From the NCBI RefSeq assembly GCF_036321535.1, contig NC_087437.1, forward strand, positions 101,806,001 to 101,870,000: DNA of 64,000 bases. Reading direction: 5' to 3'. Source of the DNA: Camelus dromedarius (lineage: Eukaryota). Below the pieces are notes generated by a model. The model did no database searches. It was given only the letters and a program-made list of their open reading frames with translations, and had not been told where the DNA came from. Positions 12,061 to 24,600 of the stretch are shown here, piece after piece. A program made the position numbers and the translations under genes. The stretch's first letter is position 1. Each line of letters opens with the position of its first letter.

Positions 12061-13395
12061 AAATATTAGGAAAGCTACAAGAAACTATCTTGTATCATTT
12101 TCTTTTAATATTTGTTGAATTATTCTAGAGTGCATTTGGAGCAGATTGACTTTTATATCGAAGTTTATATTGCCTTTTTCTTGTCTTTGACTCACTTTGT
12201 ATGTTTTGGAAGAAAGACTTTACCAATTTACATCTATACAAGCAGTATTTGGAAATTCAATAAAGTTATTAAATACAATGCAAATAAAATACAAAAAATA
12301 TTACATTACTGCTTTCCCTATTTAAATTCTTTGATCTTTGGTATATAGTAATTAAATATTTTGTATATTTATATAAGCAGAAAAAGTTAAATTAATTTCC
12401 CTGGGCTCATTTTCTCATGCTCAACAAAAATTTTCTACATAATATAGAGAACATTTTCCATATGTATACAGATCTATATTTATACACCTCATCATTCAGA
12501 TTCAAAATGCAGTCTATATGGAGTGAATCATTTAAATTTAAACTTATAAAATGAGATAATAATGGCTAAAATAAAGAATTTTCATAGTTCGTAAATGTTT
12601 CAGAAATAAATTTAAATTAATTAAAAAATTAGAAATGGATTATTTCCTTAGCTAGATTGGAGTTTATTTTAATTCCAGTAATTATTTTCATTACCAAGGA
12701 ATGTTATTCCTTAGGCCAATAATTGACAAATGCAGTTTTTACCTAAATGCTGATTTATGGATGAATTATTCAGTATTTTTCCTCATCTTTTAATATGTTG
12801 TTTCACCTCATCATTGTGACTTCTAAAAATTCCCTAATGGGGCAGAACTTTTTGTCTGTTCTATCAATATGAAAAGTAGTCATAAGGCAGTAAGAAATGC
12901 TGTGACCATCCCCCTTCCCAACCATCATATCTTCTAAACAGGAATTTGATGCAGCTGCTATATTTGCATTAATAAAATCAGCTGCTTTCATTAAATTCCA
13001 CCCACTGCTTAATGCCTAGAGCTGTAAAAACATGAGAATTATCTGAAAGAGGCTCAAATTAAAGAAAATTAAAGCTTTGAAAACATGTATTACCACCTAT
13101 AATCTATCATAGTGGGGAAAAATCACAATTAGCCTCCAGCCATACATGCAATACACCAATTCCTTAACAGTAGAGTAAATTTAAATCAAAGAAATTATTG
13201 GAGCACAGTTAAGTCTATGTTGTGTTGTCAGATTAAATAAACACTAACAAAATGAAATCATGACTGTCATAAATGTGAAGAGCTTATTCAAGGTCTGAAT
13301 TTGAGACAGAAGTCTAATTTCTGAGTAACTGTATGTCTGCCTATGTACAACACTAGATGATTCGTTAAGAAATATTTTATTTTCTCATGTTGATT

Positions 13396-14929
13396 GATTT
13401 TTGTTTTTATTGAAGTATAGTCAGTTTACAATGTTGTGTCAATTTCTGGTGTATGACATAATAGTTCAGTTATACACATATATACATACATTCATTTCAT
13501 ATTGACTATAGTTCTCTGTGCTATAAAGTATAAACTTGTTTATCTATTTTATATATAGTAGTTAGTATCTGCAAATCTCAAACTCCCAATTTATCCCCTC
13601 CTACCGTCTTCCCCTCTGGCAGCCTTAAGTTTGTTTTCTATGTCTGTGAGTCAGTTTCTGTTTTATAAATAAGTTCATTTGTCTTTTTTTTTAGATTCCA
13701 CATGTAAGTGATATCATATAGTATTTTTCTTTCTCCTTTTAGCTTACTTCACTTAGAATGACAATGTCCAGCTCCATCCATGTTCCTGTGAATGACATTA
13801 TTTTATTATTTTTATGGCTGAGTAGTATTCCATTGTATAAATATACCACATCTTCATATCCAGTCATCAGTGGGCATTTAGGTTGTTACCATGTCTTAGC
13901 TATTGTAAACAGTGCTGCTATGAACACTGAGATGCATGTATCTTTTCAAATTAGAGTTCCCTATGGATATATGCCCAGGGGTGAGACTGCTGGATCATAT
14001 GGTAAGTTTAATTTTAGTTTTTTGTGGACTCTGCATACTGTTTTCCATAATAGCTGCACCAAACTACATTCCCACCAACAGTGTAGGAAGGTTTCCTTTT
14101 CTCCACAGCCTCTCCAGCGTTTATCATTTGTGGACTTTTGAATGATGGCCATTCTGACTGGTGTGAGGTGATACCACATTGTAGTTTTGATCTGCATTTC
14201 TCTGATAATTAGCGCTACTTGTGGGTTCGTCACCAGTTGTGGGTTCTGGCCAGCAGAAGTCCCACCGAGATGGAATGAATTACTCAACACTCTGTGGAAA
14301 AAGTCAAGAGAGCCAGAGGGAGTCCAGAGCCAACTCCAGGAGCCTCTCAAAGCTCCCGTATTTATTGAGTACAGTCAAAGGAGGAATGCAGGAATTTAGG
14401 GAAGGACAGGGTGGGATCACAATGAGTACAAAAGCTTTGTTTATTGTTGGTGTTTGGCTCAAGGTCAGAAGACCCTTTTTGGTGAATCATGTTCCTGTTG
14501 AGCCTTTCAGCACTCTTTCAGCACGGAACGTATGCGAATCAGCTGCTTGACAACTTGGACTCAGGCGGCTGTTCCTGCCTTAGGTTGCCCCCCTCCGGGG
14601 ATCTTACCTGTCATTGGCTAACCAGCCTTCTCACCTCTGAGTCTGCAGCTTTTTATAAGTTGTTTACCATTCCAGCCCAAGGCTGTTTGGGGATAGAAGA
14701 CTAACAGCAGGCACGCCCAGCGTTTATAGCCGAGGGCCTGGGTCATTGCTAAAACCTCAAGGCAGTTACTAAGCACATCTTCTTTAAGGAGATAAGCGGT
14801 TGGGATCTGTTACAATTTGTTAACCCAGTCATGGGCTCCCACAGCTACTGAGCATTTTTTCATGTGCCTACTGGCCATTTGTATGTTTTCATTGGAGAAT
14901 TGCTTGTTTAGGTCTTCTGCCCATTTTTG
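13396..14929 (-). mobile_element. Cetartiodactyl-type LINE-1 3' portion (3' UTR plus ORF2 C-terminus), split by an LTR at 14220-14843
   Basis: 3' end 'tttttattgaagtatagtcagtttacaatgttgtgtcaatttctggtgta'. The minus-strand ORF 13961-14350 contains L1 ORF2 residues [24 protein letters not shown]...[18 protein letters not shown]...[15 protein letters not shown]1 resumes at 14844 ('gctactgagcattttttcatgtgcc'). Confidence 0.95.
14220..14843 (-). mobile_element. Endogenous retrovirus solo LTR, class II (betaretrovirus/ERVK-like)
   Basis: 624 bp with TGTGGG...CCCACA terminal inverted repeats and a perfect 6-bp TSD GCTACT (14214-14219 and 14844-14849). Minus-strand AATAAATAC near 14358-14366. CpGs retained. 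Confidence 0.9.
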
Positions 14930-17900
14930 TAAGCAAAAAGTATTTAAACTTAATTTAAACACTAAATGCAGGTAATATAATCATATATATGTATGATTTC
15001 AGAGTGTTATTCTGACTTCTTAATTCCAGGAAAAAAAATATATATGAAATTGAATCTTTAAGCCTATTCAACTTCTGACTTAATATTAAAGAACAAAGAA
15101 CACACTAGGGCGGATATAAGGAGTAAGGAGGTAGCCATAGAAATTATATTGTATGGATATCTTTGGTTTTAAAACCCTTTTTAAATTTACAGTAACTATG
15201 AATAAGAACTGCCTTTTCCCCTTCATGACATTCACTTAAGATGTGCATATTGACTTCATCTGTCCACTCTGTAAGATATTAAGAGTAAGATGATTCTTGA
15301 AACCAATGTCAAGTTATATATAACTGCCAAAGATTGGTCATAGTCTTTCCCTCACTTTGCAATATAGATCCATATGTGTTAGATTAGAAGTCACCTCTAA
15401 CCAGATCTCAGAGCTTGAGGGGGGTTTTTAGGTGAGATTCTTTTGCTACATACTTGACTAAATCTCTGCTTTGTCCTCATTTACAGACTACTGAGATTCC
15501 TTCTGCCCACTGAGATTACTACCTTTCAGAATTCATAGGTCTGTTTAGTTGTCCATTCCCTCCCCACACTTTTTTTAGAAGCATACTTTATAATATTAAA
15601 TAGTAAAGTATAATATATTCTCAATGTATTTGATAAGTGGCTCACAGATTCTCTTCATTAAGAGTTTAAAACATTCTCTAGAATTTGGAAATGTATCTAA
15701 TAAATACATAGTAAATCACAGATTATTTTTCAGACCTCTAAAGATTTCTAAAATGTTAAATCTCTAATATTCAATTGTCAATGAAAATTATTAGGTGATA
15801 GCTTCATTAAAATGAACCATAAATATATATATATTTATATATATATCTACACATATAAAATGTGCTTCATTGTATTAGGATCTTAATTTTAATGATGCTA
15901 TTGATTTTTTAAAAATGACTTTTGTTCTGAATACTATTCAGTTTAAATTGTATGCTAATACATACAGGCTTCATAGAGTATTAAGACACATCTCCTGATT
16001 CATCAATGAAAATTTTATTCAGGATCTAAAATCAATGGCAGGCTTAATGCTTTTTAAAATAGATAGCACTGTTTTAATTAAAAATGTCAGCAATGTAATT
16101 ATTCCTTAAGCAAAAGGCCACAGAGAGGAAAATTGGATGATACTTACATTGAGCATATGAGAAAATTAATTTGCGTTAAAAAAGTAGCAATTAGACACTT
16201 CCACGGCGGTATGAGACATCACACTTTCAAGTCTTTTACTCCTGTGCAAAGTAGAAGTTGTTGAATTTATTTATTTTAAAGGAAAACTGAGAATCTCCAG
16301 AAGTATGGAAAATAGCACTAAAATGCATGGTTATCTTAAACATTTCCAGGGCATTTCAGAGTGCGCTTGAACCTTTAGGTCCTTTATTATTTTATTCCTG
16401 AAACAAACTATACAGACTAAAATTTTAAACTCCCTTCAACGTTTGGAATGCTGACATTTCTATATAATTTTTATAGTTTCTTAAATTATCACCAAAATAT
16501 GTACTGCTTGCTTTCTCAGCAGACTGGTCATTTGAAGTTTACTCAGTAGGAAGAATAGTTGTTTTTCACCTAAATTCTATTACATTCTGTAGACAGATTA
16601 TTTCAGTATCCTTTTGTAATTCATACAGAGAATTTCAACACTGGCCAACTATCCATTTATATACAATCCTCACATAAAATACTCAAAGGAGAAGCACTGA
16701 ATTTATTTTGATTGAAAGATAAGTTTTTTGTCAAACATATGTTTTGCATTATAATTTTATATACACAGGGAAGGTCATCTTACCACTTAGACATATTCTG
16801 CAATGGGCCTTTTGACTAAGTAGGAGTAATTTCCATTTTGCCTTTCAATGCTTACTTTGTTTCTCTTTTCCTTTGACAGTCACTACTGTAAGTGATAGAT
16901 AGACAATGCATATGGTAATTTAGTACATTAAAAACACTACATCATTTCACTGATCATAGTCATGATCACCTTTTCTTATGCTTCATCTGGGCCTGATTTC
17001 ATATCACAAGGAAGAGAGTAACAATGTCCCTTTTCTATTTATTTACTTATCACGTCTTTCTCTTTCCCTCTGAAACCTTATTTTGTTCTACTGCTTCTGG
17101 AGAAAAAGCTAAACTAAATGTTCATGTGCCTTCTGTGCTAAATTTACTAAGGCTTTATATAGAATTACATTGTAAAATATTAAAAAAATGAAATAAAGCT
17201 TTTCTCCATAAATATGAAATATCCATACATATTAATGAGATCTGACTGAAGCCATTATGTTCTGACTGGAGGAGAGCATGGTTTAAATGTCACTCATAAT
17301 TTAGGTATTGTTTTCTTGTTTTCGTACTTCAACATATTTGTTGGTTGTAGCATCTCTAAATTTTCTACCATTTCAAATCAATCTAGCCTCATTAAAAAGC
17401 CTTCTTTTCTCGTCTAAAAACCTTTTCATTTTTTCTAAGTATTTATGAGACAAGATTATTTTTAAATTCACTTTTTCTTACAACAGATGTTCTCAGATGA
17501 TATTACTAAATTTTAATGTTTTCTTCTGGAATCAAATGAATCAAAATTCCATGGGACACAGTGATAATGTGATGATGTCTTGTTAATATAAGAATGTTCC
17601 TATATTATATTCCTTTCCACGGCAGTGCTATTTGCAGACTTTCTTAGGGGCATTTATTGTCATCCAACAGTGATTAAATCTACCTTAAAAGAAATGCAAA
17701 CAATTTCTTCCTCAAATTATTCAATGTTGGTTTTTATTTGAAATACTTTTAAATTTGGATACAAGTGGATAATGCGATTCTGGGAATAATGAGAGGGCAG
17801 TCAAAGAAAGGAGATTAAATGTAGACACTTGAGAAAGAATATTTAGGAAAACTGGAGTGAGAATTTTGATGTCATAAATAAAGAGAAAGGAGAATCACTA

Positions 17901-18799
17901 CATAGCAGACATGCCAAACGTACAGAACACTTTAGAGAGATTAAACAAGAATTAAAATGTATCCGTTTGATTGAGCAATCAGTGGGTTTATGGGGGTTAC
18001 ATTTGTGAGTCATTCCGTGGAATAGTAAAAATGGATGCTTATTGCAGTAAGTGAAAAAAGACGATGAGGTGATGACCTGAGCATAAATCATGGTTTGGAT
18101 AACCTCCACTGGATAGACTGGCAAACTGAATATAGGCAGGACAGGCAAGGAAATATCAGAGTAAGCACTGGAGGAAGGAGGGGAATACTACTGAATTTTT
18201 TTTTCAGCCTGATGACATCTATATTTATCTGTTATAGAGGAAACATAATCCCTGACAGAGAAAAAGCAGCTGGTAAGAGGAGCTGCTTCTTTGGATAAAG
18301 AAGCATGTATGGTGAGTAAGTGAAAGTTTTGCCATAGTTACCTTGAGTAAAATTATGACTTAAAATCAATTACAGAAAATCGATCCTTAGGAAGAACGAA
18401 GGATAAAAGAAATTATGCCCCAGACTCACATGTGGATGCTAATCTGACAAATTTGCCTGTGTCAAAATCTACTTGCACATGAAATTTTACAGCTCTTTAA
18501 ATAAATGTAAAGGTCAGCTGTGCCCAGAACCTCCTCAGTGGTGATGCCTGGATCCTGGTTGCAACTATAGCCCAAGATCATACTGGGTGAGGTACCATTT
18601 TAGCATTCAGTCAGGAAGAAAGCAGTACATACAGTTGGCTACAGTCTCAACACTTGTACTTGGCATTGGATGACCAGTCTGAGGATATGAGAGTCAGTGG
18701 TTCTTTGACTACAGAAGACCTGATACTTATTTCAACTTAGAGTAGCCATATATGTCTTAAAGAATGGTTGCAGCAAGCTAGACTGACATCAATAGGAGC

Positions 18800-18905
18800 T
18801 GGGTAGTGAGATTTGAAACACTAGAAGGATTCACCATCCCATCACTGGCTTAAAAATGGAGGCAGCTATGTGAAATGGAATGTAGGTGGCCCCTAGATAC
18901 TGTGG
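18800..18905 (+). mobile_element. MaLR LTR fragment (MLT1D/E-like)
   Basis: 'gagatttgaaacactagaaggattcaccatcccatcactggcttaaaaatggaggcagctatgtgaaatggaatgtaggtggcccctaga'. Similar to the middle of the LTR at 19833. Confidence 0.6.
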
Positions 18906-19832
18906 AGATGGCCAACTTGGCTGCTTATATTTCTAGTGGCCATATTAGTGACTGTTTTATTTTATTTTAAACCATTTTTATTTTATAATAATACTAAAAT
19001 GTTTAAAAATGTTAAAAAAAATAGCGACTATTTTAGAAATGCTTCAGATCCTAATAAGAGCTGTTTTTCTTCATACTTTCTAAACAAAAGACTAAAGCTT
19101 CATGGGAAAAATGGGTACTCCCTAAGCCACCTTGGATCTTCAATTACAGTCATTCATGCTTCAAACAAAGAGAAGACAGACTTTATAATGTCTCACAAGT
19201 TAATTGACCTGGGTTTGGTGTTTCGTGAAGCATCTGTCATCATTGTGTCCTTGATATTAATTTTTGTGGTAGGATCTTGCTCTAGACAGAGTGATATCTA
19301 TATAATAGTATGCCCTGTTAACTGGAGCATTTTCAGTATCTTATTTTAAAACTTTGGCCATTATTATTAAACAACGTTTTTGTGGGGAAGTCTGTACTGA
19401 ACATCTCTTGGCTTGGATTCTTCTGCTAAGCTTTATAGTCTGTGCAAGCACACAGATTAATTACCTAAGTAGGGTCTTAGATATACTCAACACTTTTATA
19501 GTGATTACATTAGTATTCTTTGAGTGTCTACAATTTTGTGGGAAAATTATAATATTTTTGTGCCTTTAAAGATGTCAGTTTTCATCTACCAAGTCAGCTT
19601 ATGTCTTCAAAAAGATAAAAAAGTAATGAATGACAATTTCTTTAATATATATGCCATTCTTAATAATAATGAAGACAACTTAACTGGTGTTACTGAACAG
19701 CAAACTGGAGAAAATCCTCTAAAAAAATGGAAATCTGATAGCTTTATGAGGAAAAATATTTAAAAGACTAATCTGTAATTCTGCTATTAAATGAATTTGA
19801 ATATCAAATGTGTCAGAAAAAAGGATTTTCCC

Positions 19833-20437
19833 TGTGTTAAGCAGAATTTTAAGATGTCCCCCATGACCTTTACCTCCAGGTGTTAGTATCATGATTGTAA
19901 TATTACATGGAAAAAGAGATGTTGCAAATGCAGGAAGGATTACAAAGGAGTTGACCGTAAAAAAGAGAAATTGTTCAGGTGATGCTAATGTAATCCCATG
20001 AGCTCTATAAAAGAAGGAGTTTTCTCACTGTTGGCAGAAGATGAAGTCAGGAGTATTTGAGAAAGACTGACCATGTCACTGCTGGCTTGAAAATGGAAAG
20101 AGTGCATGAAAAAGAATGCAGGTGACATCTAGAAATGGAAAGCCATTACTGGCTGACAGCCAGAAAGGGGACAGGGACTTCAGTGCTGAAATGACAAGAA
20201 ACTGAATTCAGCCAACAACCTGAAAAAGACTGGAATAAAATTCTTCCCCAGAGCGTCCAGGTAAGAACTCAGCATCTTGACTTAACATCTTGACTTTGGC
20301 CCTGTGAGAAATTAAGCTTAGACCCAGCTGAGCCCGTCTGCACTTCTCATCTACAGAAACTGAGAGTTAATGAAAAAATGCTGTTTCAAACCACTAAGTT
20401 TATGATAATTTGTTACTCAAGCATAGAAAACTAAACG
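19833..20437 (+). mobile_element. MaLR solo LTR (MLT1E-like)
   Basis: Start 'tgtgttaagcagaattttaagatgtcccc', internal 'ggctgacagccagaaaggggacagggacttcagt...aactgaattcagccaacaacctg', end 'aaaccactaagtttatgataatttgttactcaagcatagaaaactaa'. Confidence 0.9.
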
Positions 20438-20800
20438 GTCCTCATGTAACATTCGCTAAAGAAAATCATCTTCAGATTTCCTAATTTAGAACAAGAGCAA
20501 TTAATTCTCTTACAACTATGCCATATTAGGTCACAGAAATGACCTCAGTGCCTGGTTGGTCTCTGTTGCTATCAGCATTCTATTGTTCTAGAGATATTTT
20601 AAATGTTGACTCCTTCACCAAAAACTAAATGCACAAATGGCAATTTTAAGAATAATCAAACCAATACTTTATCTCCTCATTGGTGAAATAACAGTTGCAA
20701 AAGTCTGGAATGCACTACTATGCTAAGCCTCTTCACTGGTGAATTTTCATTTTATTTGGTACTGAAACTTTCGGGGAAAAAAAGACTATCCACTGCTGTA

Positions 20801-21605
20801 TGTGACAGACTGCATTATTTGCCCCAAATTATTTCTATTCTACACAACCTCACCATGACTTCCTTGTGAGTTCATTATACTTTCATATGCCTCATTGATT
20901 AAACATGAGACTTTGGCGGCTGGAAAGAAGAGTCAAAGAGTCAAGAGTTAAAAGTGGGTCAAGTTGTGAAATGAAGCTGTAAGAGATATGGCCAGCATCA
21001 CGTAGTCTTATTGGAGCCTTTACTACCTGCCATAAAGAAGCAGGCCCCAGGTTAATGTGGCAGTTTCAGCCTGGATTCCACCTTCAGCCACGGTCCCACA
21101 CGGAGGTGATTTGGACTCAGGTCAAAGTCTGCAGCCCAAAACAAAAATAGACTCACAGACATAGAAAACAAACTTATGGTTACCAGGGGGCAAAGGCGAG
21201 GGGTGGATAAATTGGGGGTTCGGGATTTGCACATACTAACTACTATATATAAAACAGATAAACAACAAGGTCCTACTGTATAGCACAGGGAACTATATTC
21301 AATACCCTGTAATAGCCTATAATGAAAAATACTATGAAAGAGACTATATATATATATATATAACTGAATCACTATGCTGTACACCAGAAATAGACACAAC
21401 ATTGTGAACCAACTATACTTCAATTTAATTAAAAGTCTGGAGTCCAGCCCAGCCCAGATGTATCCAGCTGACCACAGACGAGACTGGCTTAATCTCAGCC
21501 AACATGCAGACCTCCAAGTATGAAATAAACGCTTGTTTTTTAGCTATTGGTATTTTGGGGAGTTTTTGTAATACAGCATTATCTCAACAAAAGTTTAATT
21601 AGTCC
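20801..21605 (+). mobile_element. MaLR solo LTR (MLT1H/G-like), interrupted by an L1 3' end
   Basis: Start 'tgtgacagactgcattatttgccccaaat', end 'gaaataaacgcttgttttttagctattggtattttggggagtttttgtaatacagcatta'. Confidence 0.7.
21139..21431 (+). mobile_element. 5'-truncated cetartiodactyl-type LINE-1 3' end with TSD
   Basis: 'atagactcacagacatagaaaacaaacttatggttaccaggggg...actgtatagcacagggaactatattcaata...aactatacttcaat'. Flanked by aaagtctgcagccca (21124-21138) and aaagtctggagtcca (21432-21446). Confidence 0.92.
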
Positions 21606-24600
21606 AGTCTAAAACCAGATATAATTTAGGAAGAGTACATGATACGATGTCTTGGGTATAGGCGCGGTATTATCAATATTCTTATTGTAACAACAGAAAT
21701 AATACTGCTTTTTAATTATGAATTTGAAGCTGACCTAATAAATGAACAATAACAGCTGAACAGCTGTAGGCTCCATTTTATTTTCCATTTTAATATTAAT
21801 CTCTTTCAATTTAGCTTCCTCTCATCAATGTACAATAGAAGTAGAACCTTAAAAATAATTATCACCTACTACAGAATGTTTTTTAACTTTTTACTACATC
21901 ATTCGTATTTATAACATAAACTTACTTCCTCTTAATTGAGGTTGATGGTCTAGTCATAATCACTTTAATTTTGGGGCAAAAAATATCTATATTCGCCTAA
22001 AGACAATCATAATAAACAATTACGGTCATATAGTAAACTACCCATAAGTGCTGAATGATTGAAAAATATACAACAACAAATAACTCAGTGACACAGTGAA
22101 TAAATCCAGTTCTTGGACATTAAATACCATCCTTGAAGATTGAACAGAAGCCTTTTACAGTTTGCTGAGAGTGAAAGGGAAAATCTAAAATCCTCAAACA
22201 CTACTGGGGAGGAAAGGGTTAAACAGCTGGCCTATAAAACTTTTAATCCCATTGTAGAGGGAAAGGAACACTAAAGAAGGAAACTAGGCAGGTTACAAGA
22301 CTCATCTCTTGTTAAGAACAGTAAAGAGAAACCTACTGGTCTTGGCAGTGATGGAGGACTTATCTTTGGAATGCTTTATTAGAATACATCCGGTTGGTTA
22401 GGCTTCCCAAAAGCAAACAAGTCTAGAATCTCTGGATTTACCTGCATGTTTCCCTGGAAAATGTCATGTAAGACACACAACAATCTGAGTGTAAAATGGA
22501 AATGTTTTAGGAACTAAATTGCTCCATCTGGGTGTGCACGCCTTATGCAGAAATCTCATCTGTTAACCTGGGCCAAAGAAGGTCGGAGAAGAAGGGACCT
22601 GAATGATGAATCAAGGCATCCCCAGACTCCCTGCTTCACCTGTGCAGCTTGATCTCTCCTGTCCTTGAAGAAATTAGTAAAGCTTGATGTCAGGCAGTAT
22701 CTCTGATTCCTGGGAGCCGCATTTGACAATCCAATTCTTTGTGGTATCTGAATAACTTAAAGTAACCATATTTAATTGCAGTATTACACACTTGTAGAAC
22801 TGGCTAAGAGTTGAGAAATGCACTGGCCCTTTGTTGCTATTTTTTAAATAGATGTCTAAGTCTAATTCTTAGTTTCAAGTTTTAAAAAATCCAATTTCAT
22901 CCCACACAGATGAAGATGTATCTAGATACACACAGATGAGTTTGCCTAATTTTTAGACAATTTTGTTATGTCAACCAATATACTATAGGTCTTTGACATA
23001 TAAAAATATACTTTTTAAAGCCTCTATAAATCAATAAAATAGACACCTTCTTCTAACACTATAATACATAATAATATACAAATTATTTTATTAATGATAC
23101 ATGTATTTGAATTCAAACAATAAATGCTTTTTCCTATTTTGAGCATCTAGCATTCTGGAAAATAGAAATTACCTGTATGTAATAGAGCTACTTAGTGCCA
23201 GGACAGAGAATTATCTTTGAATATCAAAGACTAGGCTCTGCCTCATTGCCCAAGTAATCGATTTCACAGCACAACTATTTAGTCTGCTTTACAGATGAAT
23301 GTTTCACAGAGAAAAGCTTTGGGAGTATATTATTAGGTCTACTTAAGAAAAATACATTTTAGAGTACAGTACTTAAGCTAAAAATTTTACAATGCCTAAT
23401 GGGAAACAAAGTGCACTAAAGGCTAAGTGGAAAGAACGGCTGCTCAATTTTGGCTAGAGGGAAAAAACAGGTAAGCGTATTTAATGAAAGCTAAAATCCA
23501 GCCAAATAAGCCCTATACCTGTTTGGTTCTCAAGTCCTTCCCTGAAACTTTAATGACATTGTAAATAAGTCCATACCATGTTGCTCTTAAACACAGCGAA
23601 CAAAAACATTTTACCGTAATACTTAAGCTATGTGCCTAATTGGAAATATTTTGCAATATTGGAGTACATACAAAAATGAAAGTATAAACTTTTCAAATAT
23701 CTAAAAATAAAATACAAGAATGCATGAGAAGAACTGATAATTTTTATAGTATATAAAAATATAATGTATGCCAATGAAACAACAAATTTTTTCTGGAGAT
23801 ATTTTAGAAGGAAATTTTAAAATATTATGTGGTTGATATTAAATTTTTATTAAAACTATATTGAGAAAAATACCTTCTTTTAAATAGCTTAAAATGTGAA
23901 TAAGCATATTCTGAAACACCACTTTCTATATATTTGCATAAAAATGAGAAAGGGATACAGGCTTATTTTAACTACACAATATAAAGGTTTAAAATTTTAT
24001 AGCGCTAGAGAAAATCTCCAAAGAAATTATACACACGCAAATACTTATGGATATAAACATATTTATCTATCCAGCTAGAAAATCTTTAAGCGTTTTGATC
24101 AGTGTTTTTCTTATATAGTTATTAAAATCATAACCAAACATTATAACGTGATCAGTTTTCTTTCACCCTTTTGACCTAAAAGTCATGTTTGACTCTTTTT
24201 TTATTGAAAAGAATCTGAAGAACTCAGGGAGATGAGTATATTTACATGCAAACTAAGATTTTTATTTTTAAAAATTCTGCATAAAATCCAGTCTCTTTCA
24301 GAGGAATTTTCTTGGGTCATAAATAAAGATATGTTCTCAAAACGAAATATCACCACTTTAGTATTTCTCTATAGAGCAACTTATAACCTACTTTCATATT
24401 TTTATTTATGCCTTTATATACTTATTTATGTTTGTCCAGTTAATGTATTTTAAGCTTACCTTTGTTTGTCTTTATCACATAGATAAGATATCTATAGGAA
24501 ATATATATATATATATTTTTTACTTGAGAGTACAAGATTTGTTTCTATCTTTTCAAATCACATCGGACTAATCAGAGACTGAGTAACCAATATATCATGC

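Noticed and set aside
13758..14704. Overlapping ORFs of 69-129 aa, including an LTR-L1 chimeric ORF (13961-14350, minus strand)
   Set aside because: They are L1 ORF2 remnants, antisense L1 frames and chance LTR frames. Nothing indicates a host gene.
18936..19763. Chain of + strand ORFs (137, 71 and 79 aa)
   Set aside because: Non-ATG starts, AT-driven F/I/L/K/N composition, no recognisable domain and no exon structure.
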